DNA from: Lacinutrix sp. MedPE-SW
GTDB taxonomy: Bacteria > Bacteroidota > Bacteroidia > Flavobacteriales > Flavobacteriaceae
Reading direction: 5' to 3'
NCBI RefSeq assembly: GCF_001874145.1
Contig: NZ_MPCX01000006.1
Span: 110,961 to 174,960 of the forward strand
DNA: 64,000 nt
Of this stretch, positions 37,526 to 47,814 are shown piece by piece. Below the pieces are notes generated by a model, which did no database searches, was not told the DNA's origin, and saw nothing but the letters and a program-made list of their open reading frames with translations. The first letter of the stretch is position 1. Each line of letters opens with the position of its first letter. The position numbers were made by a program, and so were the translations under genes.

Positions 37526-39211
37526 TTATTTTCTATAAAAAATCGTTTCAAATGTAGTGCTATTTCCAACATTATCTGTAACAATTACTTTTAAATTGTT
37601 TTTGGTTTCGGTACTTACAGCATCATTAAAATCGTAAGTTAATGTTTTTCTTTTGTAATCATATTCCATTAAAATCCATTTACCATTAATGGTAGCACGG
37701 TAATTAGAGATACCAGTATTTTTATCTTCAATTTTTAATTTTAAAAAGCGGTATTTGCTTAGCCAAGATCCGTTTTTAAATTTTAAAGGTTTTATGGTTG
37801 GTGCAATGGTATCTCTTGCTAAAACGTAGGTGCCTAGGTCTTTAGTACGTGTGCTTAAAATATTTCCTTTTCTTTTTGTTGACGAATAGCTTGGCCAGTT
37901 ATTCCAACCAACTAATTCTGCAATATAAAGCTGGTCTGTGTTTTCTTCTTTATAGTTGGAAATATCATAGCTTATTGTAAAATTCTTTTTTACAGGAATT
38001 ATAGGTTTATGGAGTGTTAGTGTATCATTATTAACACTAAAATCTATAAAAAAATCATCATAGAAGGTATCTTTATAAAATTTAACTTTAACGTTACCTT
38101 CTTCTAATTCGGCTTCAAGGTCGTGTTGAATGTAATGCTGTAAAACCTTTTCTTCCTCAACATCTTTTGGTGGTATGTTTAAACCTTGAATATCTATTTC
38201 TACAGTTGTTTCATTACCTTTAAAATCGTTTATTTTCACCTTATATACCGATGCAGTTTCGTCAAAAATTGAAATAAAACCATCGTCAATAATATTATTA
38301 TATAAGCTTAATGGGTTGTTGGGCTCTAAAAATAACTTTTGAAGCTTTTGCTTGTTAGTTTTATAATGTTCGTAATCTATTAAACGGTTTAAATGTTTAG
38401 TTTCAGCAAAAGAAAAACGCCTAAAATCTATTTCAAAATTTTCTATACCATTATGAAATGTTTTTATATTATAAACACCATTTTTATTAGCTGCTAAATC
38501 TTGCCTATCTATGGTTTGTATAGCAAAACCAATTCTTCCAAAAGCTTTTAAGTTTTCAATTTTATAATCACCGTTAGCTTTAGGTATTAAACGTAATTTT
38601 TGCTTTTTATTAGACCCATTTATGTGTGATTTTTCACCAATAGGATAAGCATAAACATTAGAGACTATTGGTTTTTTTGTGTCTTTAACATCATAACCAA
38701 AAAGCATTGGGTTTATAGGGCGTTCGGCATTATCGCGTATTTCAAAATGCAAATGTGGCCCAGAAGAACTTCCTGTGTTTCCGCTATAAGCAATAATATC
38801 TCCTTTTTTAATTTTAAGCTGGTTTGGAGTTGGAAAAAGTTCTATTTCAAAAGATTCTTTTTCATATTGTTTCGCTTTAATGAATTTTTCAATTTCTGGT
38901 CCAAATTTTTGTAAGTGCGCATAAACACTAGTGTAACCATTTGGATGTGTTACGTATAATGCTTTTCCATATCCAAAATGAGCTATTTTAATTCTACTTA
39001 CATAACCATCTGCAATGCCATAAACTTTTAAACCTTCTACGCGTTTTGTTTTAATATCTAACCCAGAGTGAAAATGATTAGAACGTAACTCTGCAAAAGT
39101 TCCTGCTAATACAATTGGAATATCTAAAGGAGATCTAAAATAATCTTGAGGGTAACCGTTTTGAGATAAAACGGGCATACTTATTAAAAATAAGAAAAGT
39201 AGTATGCGCAT
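37526..39211 (-). CDS. M23 family metallopeptidase
   Basis: HFHSGLDI and GPHLHFEI zinc motifs. Confidence 0.8.
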   Translation of the reverse strand: MRILLFLFLISMPVLSQNGYPQDYFRSPLDIPIVLAGTFAELRSNHFHSGLDIKTKRVEGLKVYGIADGYVSRIKIAHFGYGKALYVTHPNGYTSVYAHLQKFGPEIEKFIKAKQYEKESFEIELFPTPNQLKIKKGDIIAYSGNTGSSSGPHLHFEIRDNAERPINPMLFGYDVKDTKKPIVSNVYAYPIGEKSHINGSNKKQKLRLIPKANGDYKIENLKAFGRIGFAIQTIDRQDLAANKNGVYNIKTFHNGIENFEIDFRRFSFAETKHLNRLIDYEHYKTNKQKLQKLFLEPNNPLSLYNNIIDDGFISIFDETASVYKVKINDFKGNETTVEIDIQGLNIPPKDVEEEKVLQHYIQHDLEAELEEGNVKVKFYKDTFYDDFFIDFSVNNDTLTLHKPIIPVKKNFTISYDISNYKEENTDQLYIAELVGWNNWPSYSSTKRKGNILSTRTKDLGTYVLARDTIAPTIKPLKFKNGSWLSKYRFLKLKIEDKNTGISNYRATINGKWILMEYDYKRKTLTYDFNDAVSTETKNNLKVIVTDNVGNSTTFETIFYRK

Positions 39212-39445
39212 AAATGTAATTTTGAATGTTTAAAATTTAGAAGTGTATTTGCTAAAATATACATTTGGCAACAATTATACCAAATGAATTTTAAATGATT
39301 AGTTAGTAAAAGCCATTATGTTGATTATGAGTGTGCAATATTTAAAAGATTATACAAGACGTTTAAAATTAAAAATTTATGCTAAAACAATTGTAAAATA
39401 GGTTCGGTTCTGTTAACTTTGTAAGATAAGTATTGATATTTGTAA

Positions 39446-39736
39446 ATGAGTAATATTGAAGCTATTGTAGATAATCTTGAGAATAAAGTTAACAAAGTTT
39501 TACGCAAACAACGCCTTTTAGAAGCGGCTAACAATAAATTATCGCAAGAATTAGAACAATCTCAATCTACTATTCAAAACCAAGAAGAAGAAATTTTAAC
39601 TTGGAAAGAAAAGTACGAAACACTTAAAATGGCCAATACAATACTTGGCAGTGACGATGATAAACGAGAAACAAAACTCAAAATAAACGCATTAATAAGA
39701 GAAATAGATCATTGTATTGGTCAACTATCTGAATAA
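39446..39736 (+). CDS. coiled-coil protein (ZapB-like position upstream of zapA)
   Basis: 96-aa heptad-rich protein. Confidence 0.45.
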   Translation: MSNIEAIVDNLENKVNKVLRKQRLLEAANNKLSQELEQSQSTIQNQEEEILTWKEKYETLKMANTILGSDDDKRETKLKINALIREIDHCIGQLSE

Positions 39737-39751
39737 TGTTATATAGCATAT

Positions 39752-40045
39752 ATGGCAGAAACGCTTAAAATAAAGCTTTCAATAGCTAATAGAGTATATC
39801 CTTTAACAATTCCGCCAAGTCAGGAAGAAGGATTAAGAAAAGCGGCTAAAAATATAGATGCTATGATAAAACAGTTTGAGCAAAGTTATTCTGTTAGAGA
39901 TAAACAAGATGTTTTAGCGATGTGCGCATTACAGTTTGCCTCTCAAGTAGAACAAAAAAGCTTAGACAAAGAACATGTAAATGAACATGTAGAAGAAAAG
40001 CTAAAAGCTTTAAATCTTGTGTTACAAGAGCATTTAAGTTCTTAA
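39752..40045 (+). CDS. zapA: cell division protein ZapA
   Basis: 97 aa; IANRVYPLTIPPSQEE N-terminal pattern typical of ZapA. Confidence 0.65.
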   Translation: MAETLKIKLSIANRVYPLTIPPSQEEGLRKAAKNIDAMIKQFEQSYSVRDKQDVLAMCALQFASQVEQKSLDKEHVNEHVEEKLKALNLVLQEHLSS

Positions 40046-40069
40046 TAAACGTTCATATAAATAAAATTA

Positions 40070-40279
40070 GGTTACTGCCTACATTAATTATTTTTTTGAT
40101 AAACTCAACGTTAATTCTTTAAAAAGGGTGAGTTTAAGTTGTAAAAGCGTGCTGCTAATGGTGTATTTCTGAATTCAGTTTCAGTTACCATTCGGGCAGA
40201 TACTTGATCAGCTTGTTAACCCTAAACTTGTTTTTAAGGAGTTTATACAAAACCAAAATTAGTGTAGGCTTTTTTTTTG
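40070..40279 (+). ncRNA. structured rod-like small RNA, 6S-like candidate
   Basis: The 5' arm (40077-40150) pairs with the 3' arm (40205-40269) in consecutive helices: GCCTACATTAATT/AATTAGTGTAGGC, ATAAACTC/GAGTTTAT, CTTTAAAAA/TTTTTAAGG and AGTTTA/TAAACT. An apical stem AATGGT/ACCATT follows, and the element ends in a T9 run. Confidence 0.5.
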
Positions 40280-40314
40280 TAACCAAAACAAATAACAATC
40301 AAAACTAACTAAAA

Positions 40315-41886
40315 ATGGATAATATAATTTTAATTGTTGCAGGTGTTGCTATAGGCGCTATAATAGGTTTCGTTATAGCAAAGGTGATGGAGAAAAATAA
40401 CGCCTCAAAATTGATAAAAAATGCAAAAAAAACAGCCTCTGCAATTTTAAGAGAGGCTAATAATGAAGGAGAAAGTATAAAAAAAGACAAAATACTTCAA
40501 GCTAAAGAAAAATTTATTGAGCTAAAAGCTGAGCATGAAAAAGTAATACTTTCTCGCGATAAAAAAATATCTGATGCAGAAAAACGTACTAGAGATAAAG
40601 AGTCTCAAGTATCTAATGAGTTATCTAAAAACAAAAAGCTTAATGCATCTTTAGAATCTAAAGACAAAGACTTCAACCATAAATTAGATATTTTAGAGAA
40701 AAAACAAAAAGAACTTGACAGGCTACATAAAAGTCAAGTAGAACAGTTAGAAGTAATTTCTAGTTTATCTGCAGAAGAAGCAAAATCTCAATTAATAGAA
40801 TCACTTAAAAGCGAAGCAAAAAGCGACGCAATGGCTTATGTTCAAGATAAGTTAGAAGAAGCTAAGTTAACAGCACAACAAGACGCAAAGAAAATAATAA
40901 TAAATACAATACAACGCATTGGTACAGAAGAAGCTGTAGATAATTGTGTTTCTGTATTTAATATTGAAAGTGACGATGTTAAAGGTAGAATTATTGGTCG
41001 TGAAGGACGTAACATTAGAGCAATTGAAGCTGCAACTGGTGTAGAAATTATTGTAGACGATACTCCAGAAGCCATTATTTTATCATGTTTTGATTCTGTA
41101 AGACGTGAAATCGCACGTTTATCGCTTCATAAATTAGTAACAGATGGTAGAATACATCCTGCTAGAATTGAAGAGGTTGTAAAGAAAACACAAAAACAAA
41201 TAGAACAAGAGATTATAGAAGTAGGAAAACGTACTGTTATAGACTTAGGTATTCATGGCTTACATCCAGAGCTTATAAAAATGGTTGGTAGAATGAAATA
41301 TCGCTCATCTTACGGTCAAAACTTACTACAACACTCACGTGAAGTTGCTAAACTTTGTGGTATAATGGCTGCAGAGTTAGGTTTAAACTCTAAACTCGCA
41401 AAGCGTGCCGGATTATTACACGATATTGGTAAAGTGCCAGATGCTGAGTCTGATATGGAAACGCCTCACGCAATTTTAGGAATGCAATGGGCAGAAAAAT
41501 ATGGTGAAAAAGCAGAAGTGTGTAATGCCATTGGTGCTCACCACGATGAAATAGAAATGACTTCACTTTTATCTCCAGTAATACAAGTTTGTGATGCCAT
41601 TTCTGGAGCAAGACCAGGAGCAAGACGTCAAGTTTTAGATTCTTATATACAACGATTAAAAGATTTAGAAGATGTTGCTTTTGGATTTAATGGTGTTAAA
41701 AAAGCATATGCAATTCAAGCAGGTAGAGAATTACGAGTAATTGTAGAAAGCGAAAAGGTAAACGATCAAAATGCAGCCGATTTATCGTTTAATATATCGC
41801 AAAAAATTCAAACAGATATGACCTATCCTGGACAAGTAAAAGTAACAGTTATTAGAGAAACAAGAGCTGTTAATATTGCTAAATAG
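40315..41886 (+). CDS. rny: ribonuclease Y
   Basis: N-terminal TM, coiled coil, KH domain ([12 protein letters not shown]), HD domain (LLHDIGK). Confidence 0.9.
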   Translation: MDNIILIVAGVAIGAIIGFVIAKVMEKNNASKLIKNAKKTASAILREANNEGESIKKDKILQAKEKFIELKAEHEKVILSRDKKISDAEKRTRDKESQVSNELSKNKKLNASLESKDKDFNHKLDILEKKQKELDRLHKSQVEQLEVISSLSAEEAKSQLIESLKSEAKSDAMAYVQDKLEEAKLTAQQDAKKIIINTIQRIGTEEAVDNCVSVFNIESDDVKGRIIGREGRNIRAIEAATGVEIIVDDTPEAIILSCFDSVRREIARLSLHKLVTDGRIHPARIEEVVKKTQKQIEQEIIEVGKRTVIDLGIHGLHPELIKMVGRMKYRSSYGQNLLQHSREVAKLCGIMAAELGLNSKLAKRAGLLHDIGKVPDAESDMETPHAILGMQWAEKYGEKAEVCNAIGAHHDEIEMTSLLSPVIQVCDAISGARPGARRQVLDSYIQRLKDLEDVAFGFNGVKKAYAIQAGRELRVIVESEKVNDQNAADLSFNISQKIQTDMTYPGQVKVTVIRETRAVNIAK

Positions 41887-41907
41887 AAAAGCAAAAAGTA
41901 TAAAAAA

Positions 41908-41933
41908 AAGCCAATTATTAATTTAATTGGCTT
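41908..41933. terminator. bidirectional terminator between rny and the histidine kinase gene
   Basis: AAGCCAATTA / TAATTGGCTT 10-bp stem flanked by A8 and T7. Confidence 0.75.
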
Positions 41934-43050
41934 TTTTTAATGTCATTAAAATTTTAAAAGTAGTACCAACACCAACGTCACTTTCTACTTCAATTTTTCC
42001 ACCAAAAGATTCAACTTGATTTTTTACTAAATATAAACCAACACCTTCGGCATTAGCATTATTATGAAAAGTTTTGTAGAGCCCAAAAATATCTTTCCCA
42101 AAACGTTTTAAATCTATACCACGACCATTATCTTTAAAGCATAGTGTTAATTTGTTATCTTCAACTTTAGATGAAATTATAATTATTGGCTTTCTATCTG
42201 GATGTTTATATTTAATAGCATTTGTAAGTAAATTTAAAATGATGCTTTCTAGATATGCAGAATGGTAATTAATATGTATTTCACTATCAACTTTATTAAT
42301 TATTAATGCTTCACTTTTAACAATTACAATATCTAAAAGTTTTAACGTTTCTTCAATAAAAGTATGAATATTTAAAAGCTCTGAAGTCTTATCAACGTTA
42401 GATTGAACAGATACAATTTGATTTAAGTTTTGAATCGTTCTATCTAATGATTTAGAAATATTTTTTAAATGACCAATAATTTCTTCCTTTTCACTATCGT
42501 CTTCTGCATCATCATAAAATTCTAATAGACTTTCAAAATTTCCAGAATATTGCTTAAGGTTATGTGTAACTATATGTGCAAAATTTTTAAGCTTATTGTT
42601 TTGTTTTGTTGCTATAGTTAAAGCATTGTCTACCTTAGTTTTATTATTAACTTGCTGTGTAATATCTATATGTGTGCCAACAAAATGTATGTAACCGTCT
42701 TTAATAGGGTTATTAATAATTTGACCTTGATCTAATATCCATTTATATTTTCCATTCTTGCATTTAACGCGATGTCTATTAATGTAAATATTAGTAACGC
42801 CTTTAATACGGTCGTTAAAATCTTTGAAATATTGTTCTTTATCCTCTTCGTGAACTAAATCGTTCCAATCGTCAATATTATTACCAAAAGAAGCATCATC
42901 TTCATAACCAATAATTGCTTTAGAAGATTTCGAAAAATAGACACGGTTTAGTTTTTCATTATAACTCCAAACGCCAATTTTTGAAATTTCTAATGCAGCT
43001 TGTAATTGCTCTAAACTAGATTCTGGTGAGGTTATTTCCATTATTAACAA
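41923..43050 (-). CDS. PAS-domain sensor histidine kinase
   Basis: PAS region, H-box FAHIVTHNLK, N-box LLTNAIKY, G-boxes DNGRGID and GVGLYL. Confidence 0.8.
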   Translation of the reverse strand: MLIMEITSPESSLEQLQAALEISKIGVWSYNEKLNRVYFSKSSKAIIGYEDDASFGNNIDDWNDLVHEEDKEQYFKDFNDRIKGVTNIYINRHRVKCKNGKYKWILDQGQIINNPIKDGYIHFVGTHIDITQQVNNKTKVDNALTIATKQNNKLKNFAHIVTHNLKQYSGNFESLLEFYDDAEDDSEKEEIIGHLKNISKSLDRTIQNLNQIVSVQSNVDKTSELLNIHTFIEETLKLLDIVIVKSEALIINKVDSEIHINYHSAYLESIILNLLTNAIKYKHPDRKPIIIISSKVEDNKLTLCFKDNGRGIDLKRFGKDIFGLYKTFHNNANAEGVGLYLVKNQVESFGGKIEVESDVGVGTTFKILMTLKKAN

Positions 43051-43179
43051 TCTTATATATTATAAAATACATAAGATTTTGATAGTTTTTGAGGGAGATT
43101 AATAAAAAAAAGCTTCTTTTTTTTCAAATATAAAATATTTATAGTTAAGAACATCAATTGTAAAATAAAATATTAAGTG

Positions 43180-44076
43180 TTATTGTCTTGGATGAAACGT
43201 TTGCATAACCTCTTTTAAGTGGCTTTTATCCACGTGCATATAAATTTCTGTTGTGGTAATGCTTTCGTGACCAAGCATAAGTTGTATGGCTCTTAAATCT
43301 GCTCCATTTTCTAATAAGTGCGTGGCAAATGAATGACGAAATGTATGAGGTGAGATTGTTTTACCTAAATTAATTTTAGTAGCTAAATCTTTAACTATAG
43401 TAAAAATCATAGCTCTTGTAAGCTGCTTTCCTCGTCGGTTTAAAAAAAGAGTGTCTTTAAATTCACTAGCAATAACCATGTGATTTCTAACTTCGTTTCT
43501 ATAAATATTTATATATTTTTGGGTAGCAGGAACAATAGGTACAAACCTTTGTTTATCTCCTTTACCAGTTACTTTAATAAAACCTTCGTCGAAAAATAAA
43601 TCTGAAATTTTTAAATGCGTCAATTCGCTTACACGTAAACCACAACCATATAACACTTCAAGAATGCAACGGTTTCTCTCGCCTTGTGGTTTACTTAAAT
43701 CTACAGCATTAATAAGGCTATTAATTTCTACTTCGCTTAAAGTATCTGGAAGTTTTCTCCCAATTTTTGGTGCGTCAATAGTATCTAAAGGATTATCGGT
43801 TCTATAATCTTCAAAAACTAAAAAATTAAAAAAACCTTTTAAACCAGATATTAATCGTGATTGAGAACGTGCATTTACGGTTTTAGATACACTATATATA
43901 AACTCTTGTAATGTTTGTTTATCTATAGCTATTGGCGAAACAGATATATTGTTTTCTTCAAGATATCGTATTAATTTTTTTATATCAAAGCTATAATTAT
44001 CAATAGAGTTAATAGATAATCCTCTTTCAATTTTTAAGTATAATGTATAATCCTGTAAAGCTTGTTTCCATACCAT
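43180..44076 (-). CDS. xerD: site-specific tyrosine recombinase XerD
   Basis: 298 aa; GLRVSE, GKGDKQR, HTFRHSFATHLL and LGHESITTTEIYMHV. Confidence 0.8.
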   Translation of the reverse strand: MVWKQALQDYTLYLKIERGLSINSIDNYSFDIKKLIRYLEENNISVSPIAIDKQTLQEFIYSVSKTVNARSQSRLISGLKGFFNFLVFEDYRTDNPLDTIDAPKIGRKLPDTLSEVEINSLINAVDLSKPQGERNRCILEVLYGCGLRVSELTHLKISDLFFDEGFIKVTGKGDKQRFVPIVPATQKYINIYRNEVRNHMVIASEFKDTLFLNRRGKQLTRAMIFTIVKDLATKINLGKTISPHTFRHSFATHLLENGADLRAIQLMLGHESITTTEIYMHVDKSHLKEVMQTFHPRQ

Positions 44077-44259
44077 AAGATGCTAAATATATAAAATTTG
44101 TTAACTTAAAAATAATATTGTTTGTAAGTCGTTGAGTTTAATATAATAGCATAAAAACCCACCTTAACAAATGTTAACGTCTTGTTAAAAACTAATAAAT
44201 GTTAGTTAAATTTTAAGTAGTTTCGCCCATATTAATCAAAACTAAAAAACTTATTTATT

Positions 44260-44910
44260 ATGAAAAAACTATTTACAATTGCAGCATTTGCTGTATTAGG
44301 AATTACAAGTGTAAACGCACAAGAAGTAAATTTTGGAGCTAAAGCCGGAGTTAACTTTGCTACAATAACTGGAGATGATACTGACGGTATTGATTCTAAA
44401 ACTGGCTTTCATGTTGGTGCGGTTGCAGAAATCATGATTTCAGAAAAATTCTCAATACAACCAGAATTAGTATATTCTTCTCAGGGAGCTAAAGATTCTG
44501 AAACTGAAACCGAAACATTCAACGGAGAAACAGTATTTTTTAAAAGTGAAGCTAAAAGAAAATCTGATTATATTAATTTACCTATAATGGCTAAATTTTA
44601 TGTAGCTGATGGATTTAGTCTTGAAGCTGGACCACAAGTAGGATTTTTAGTTAATTCTGAAGCTGAACTTGAATATACTGAATCTTATGAAGGTGAAACT
44701 TATTCTGAAAAAGAAACTGTAGATTTAAAAGATTTCACAAGTAGTATTGACTTTGGTGTAAACTTTGGATTAGGTTATAAATTAGATAATGGTTTAAACT
44801 TTGGAGCTAGATATAATTTAGGACTTTCTAATATTAACGATGGAGAAGGTTCTGATAATTTTAAAAATCAAAACTCAGTTATACAAGTTTCTGTTGGATT
44901 TTTCTTCTAA
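44260..44910 (+). CDS. porin-family outer-membrane beta-barrel protein
   Basis: Signal peptide; paralogue of 29685..30239 and 45602..46240 (GVNFATITGDD, YINLPIMAKFY, C-terminal VGFFF). Confidence 0.7.
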   Translation: MKKLFTIAAFAVLGITSVNAQEVNFGAKAGVNFATITGDDTDGIDSKTGFHVGAVAEIMISEKFSIQPELVYSSQGAKDSETETETFNGETVFFKSEAKRKSDYINLPIMAKFYVADGFSLEAGPQVGFLVNSEAELEYTESYEGETYSEKETVDLKDFTSSIDFGVNFGLGYKLDNGLNFGARYNLGLSNINDGEGSDNFKNQNSVIQVSVGFFF

Positions 44911-44933
44911 TTGAAAAAACAATAATATTTTAA

Positions 44934-44955
44934 AGCCGAAGCCTATGCTTCGGCT
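44934..44955 (+). terminator. terminator after the porin-family gene
   Basis: AGCCGAAGC-CTAT-GCTTCGGCT followed by T7. Confidence 0.8.
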
Positions 44956-44988
44956 TTTTTTATACCATAACTTTTGTACTTTTACATT

Positions 44989-45405
44989 ATGAAAAAACTT
45001 ATTATTATAAATGGACCTAACCTAAACTTATTAGGAAAAAGAGAACCTAATGTATACGGTAATTTATCGTTTACAGAGTTTTTTGATACAGTTAAGGCTA
45101 AATATCCAGAAACTGTTTTAGAGCATTTTCAATCTAACATAGAAGGCGAGATAATAGATAAACTTCAAGAATGTGGTTTTACTTACGATGGTATTATTTT
45201 AAACGCTGCGGCTTACACGCATACATCTGTAGGAATTGGCGATGCGGTTAAAGCTATTGAAACTCCTGTAATAGAAGTGCATATTTCTAATACTTTTGGT
45301 AGAGAAGAGTTTAGGCACCAATCTTATATATCAGCAAATGCTAAAGGTGTTATTTTAGGTTTTGGATTACAGAGTTACGAATTAGCCATACAAAGCTTTT
45401 TATAG
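44989..45405 (+). CDS. aroQ: type II 3-dehydroquinate dehydratase
   Basis: INGPNLNLLGKREP, NAAAYTHTS and EVHISN motifs; ATG at 44989 preferred to the TTG at 44974. Confidence 0.9.
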   Translation: MKKLIIINGPNLNLLGKREPNVYGNLSFTEFFDTVKAKYPETVLEHFQSNIEGEIIDKLQECGFTYDGIILNAAAYTHTSVGIGDAVKAIETPVIEVHISNTFGREEFRHQSYISANAKGVILGFGLQSYELAIQSFL

Positions 45406-45601
45406 TTTTAAGGTACTTACTGGTATTTTAAACAGACTACCACAATAAATTTTCTTAAAAAAAAATTAATGTTTTTGGGCTAACTTACGTGTTTTATTAA
45501 AATGAGTTAAAAAACAGAATATAGCTGTTAAACCCTGTTAATAGGACATCTTTTTTTGTTTACAGTTCGTAATTTCGATGTAATAACCAAAAAAAGTAAA
45601 C

Positions 45602-46240
45602 ATGAAAAAATTAATTTTAAGTACAGTAGTATTCGTATCTGGATTAGCATTTTTAAATGCACAATCAGATTCAAAACAAATTCAATTAGGTGTTAAAGGT
45701 GGAGTGAATTCATCTACTATTAGTGGAGACGATTTTGGAGATCCAGATTCTAGAACAAGTTTTAATGCAGGTTTAGTGGCTGAAATTCCAATTTCTGAGC
45801 GTTTATCTTTTCAACCAGAGGTATTTTATTCTGGCCAAGGTTTTGATGTACAAGAAATAGATCAAGACAATGCTTTTGATACAGATGATAATATTGAATA
45901 CCAATTAGATTATATTCAAGTACCATTATTATTAAAGGCTTATGTGGTTAAAGGTTTAAGTGTTGAAGCAGGACCACAATTTGGATTTAAAATTCATGAA
46001 GAGTTCGATTCTCAGCCAACAAGTGATGGTGGAGATATTGAAATTGACTCAGACGATTCTTACGTGAAAGATTTTGATACTAGTGTTGCCGTTGGTGCTT
46101 CTTACAAATTTGATAATGGCTTTTTCTTAAGTGGCCGTTATAATATTGGAGTAACAGATATTTTTGATGATGGTACACCATTTGAAGGTGTAGATGCTAA
46201 AAATAATGTATGGCAATTTGGAGTAGGTTTTATGTTTTAA
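45602..46240 (+). CDS. porin-family outer-membrane beta-barrel protein
   Basis: Signal peptide; same architecture as 44260..44910; C-terminal VGFMF. Confidence 0.7.
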   Translation: MKKLILSTVVFVSGLAFLNAQSDSKQIQLGVKGGVNSSTISGDDFGDPDSRTSFNAGLVAEIPISERLSFQPEVFYSGQGFDVQEIDQDNAFDTDDNIEYQLDYIQVPLLLKAYVVKGLSVEAGPQFGFKIHEEFDSQPTSDGGDIEIDSDDSYVKDFDTSVAVGASYKFDNGFFLSGRYNIGVTDIFDDGTPFEGVDAKNNVWQFGVGFMF

Positions 46241-46264
46241 AACTTGTAAATATTAAACAAAAAA

Positions 46265-46286
46265 AGTTCCAGAATATTCTGGAACT
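46265..46286. terminator. bidirectional terminator between the porin-family gene and lpdA
   Basis: Palindrome AGTTCCAGAATATTCTGGAACT flanked by A- and T-runs. Confidence 0.75.
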
Positions 46287-46319
46287 TTTTTTTGTTTTAA
46301 ACTTAATGTTTAATTTTTT

Positions 46320-47696
46320 TTATAAATGTATTACCTCATCGTAAGCATCTGCTACAGCTTCCATTACCGCTTCACTCATAGTTGGGTGTGGATGTATAGC
46401 TTTTAATACTTCGTGACCTGTAGTTTCTAATTTACGGCCCAAAACAGCTTCGGCAATCATATCTGTAACACCAGCACCAATCATGTGGCATCCTAACCAT
46501 TCACCATATTTAGCATCAAAAATTACTTTTACAAAACCTTCTTTATTTCCTCCAGCACTTGCTTTACCAGAAGCAGAGAAAGGGAATTTACCAACTTTAA
46601 TATCGTAACCTTTTTCTTTAGCTTGTTTCTCTGTTAAACCAACACTAGCAATCTCTGGAGTACAGTAAGTACAACCTGGTACATTACCGTAATCTATAGC
46701 TTCAACATGCATTCCTGCAATTTTTTCAACACATAAAATAGCTTCAGCCGATGCTACGTGTGCTAATGCTTGGCCTGGAGTAATATCTCCAATGGCATAG
46801 TAACCAGGAATATTTGTTTGGTAATAGTTATTTACTAATACTTTATCTCTATCTACTGCAATACCAACATCTTCAAGGCCAATATTTTCTATATTAGATT
46901 TAATTCCGACAGCCGATAATACAATATCAGCTTCTAATACTTCTTCACCTTTTTTAGTTTTTACAGTAGCTTTAACGCCATCACCAGAAGTGTCTACACT
47001 AGTAACTTCTGCAGATGTCATTACTTTAATACCGTTTTTCTTGAAAGAACGCTCTAATTGCTTAGAAACATCATCATCTTCAACAGGTACAATTCTATCT
47101 AAATATTCTACAATTGTTACTTCTGTACCCATAGAGTTATAGAAGTATGCAAATTCAACACCAATGGCACCAGAACCTACAACAATAATCTTTTTTGGTT
47201 GTTTTGGTAAAGACATTGCTTGTCTATAACCAATTACTTTTTCACCATCTTGTGGTAAACTTGGTAATTCTCTAGAACGTGCACCAGTTGCAATAATAAT
47301 ATGGTCTGCACTATATTCTTTACCATCTACATCAACTTTCTTTCCTGTTTTTAACTTTCCAAAACCATCAATAACATCGATTTTGTTTTTTTTCATTAAA
47401 AACTTTACACCATTACTCATACCTTCAGCAACACCACGACTACGCTTTACAACAGCATTAAAATCTTTATCGTATTCTTTTACTGAAAGGCCATAATCTT
47501 CAGCATGCTTTAAATATTCAAAAACCTGCGCAGATTTTAGTAGCGCTTTTGTAGGTATACATCCCCAATTTAAACATATTCCACCAAGACTTTCTTTTTC
47601 AATAATTGCTGTTTTAAACCCTAATTGAGAAGCTCTAATGGCAGCTACGTAGCCTCCAGGACCACTACCAAGTACAATAATATCGTATTTACTCAT
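46320..47696 (-). CDS. lpdA: dihydrolipoyl dehydrogenase
   Basis: GSGPGGY FAD motif, redox-active CLNWGCIPTK, C-terminal HPHPTMSE. Confidence 0.9.
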   Translation of the reverse strand: MSKYDIIVLGSGPGGYVAAIRASQLGFKTAIIEKESLGGICLNWGCIPTKALLKSAQVFEYLKHAEDYGLSVKEYDKDFNAVVKRSRGVAEGMSNGVKFLMKKNKIDVIDGFGKLKTGKKVDVDGKEYSADHIIIATGARSRELPSLPQDGEKVIGYRQAMSLPKQPKKIIVVGSGAIGVEFAYFYNSMGTEVTIVEYLDRIVPVEDDDVSKQLERSFKKNGIKVMTSAEVTSVDTSGDGVKATVKTKKGEEVLEADIVLSAVGIKSNIENIGLEDVGIAVDRDKVLVNNYYQTNIPGYYAIGDITPGQALAHVASAEAILCVEKIAGMHVEAIDYGNVPGCTYCTPEIASVGLTEKQAKEKGYDIKVGKFPFSASGKASAGGNKEGFVKVIFDAKYGEWLGCHMIGAGVTDMIAEAVLGRKLETTGHEVLKAIHPHPTMSEAVMEAVADAYDEVIHL

Positions 47697-47814
47697 TGTG
47701 TATTTTTTTGTCGTTTTAAGAAGTTACGAAGTTACAAAACCAAAATTTAATAAAGAATCTAGAATCTTAAAAAAAATATATCTTTTACTACCTTTGTAGA
47801 GCAAGTTAAATAAT

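Noticed and set aside
43180-44076. A second tyrosine recombinase as a possible mobile-element integrase
   Set aside because: Its length, motifs and housekeeping neighbourhood fit chromosomal XerD, and there are no flanking repeats or cargo.
44974-44988. N-terminal extensions from non-ATG ORF-track starts (aroQ at 44974, MFS transporter at 58759, THUMP methyltransferase at 7683)
   Set aside because: In each case an in-frame ATG a few codons downstream gives the family-typical N-terminus. The 58759 start also lies inside the upstream terminator stem.
44260-46240. Two porin-family paralogues flanking aroQ as a possible composite element or recent duplication
   Set aside because: The proteins share architecture but are clearly diverged, and no flanking inverted or direct DNA repeats are visible. 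They are ordinary paralogues; a third copy lies at 29685..30239.
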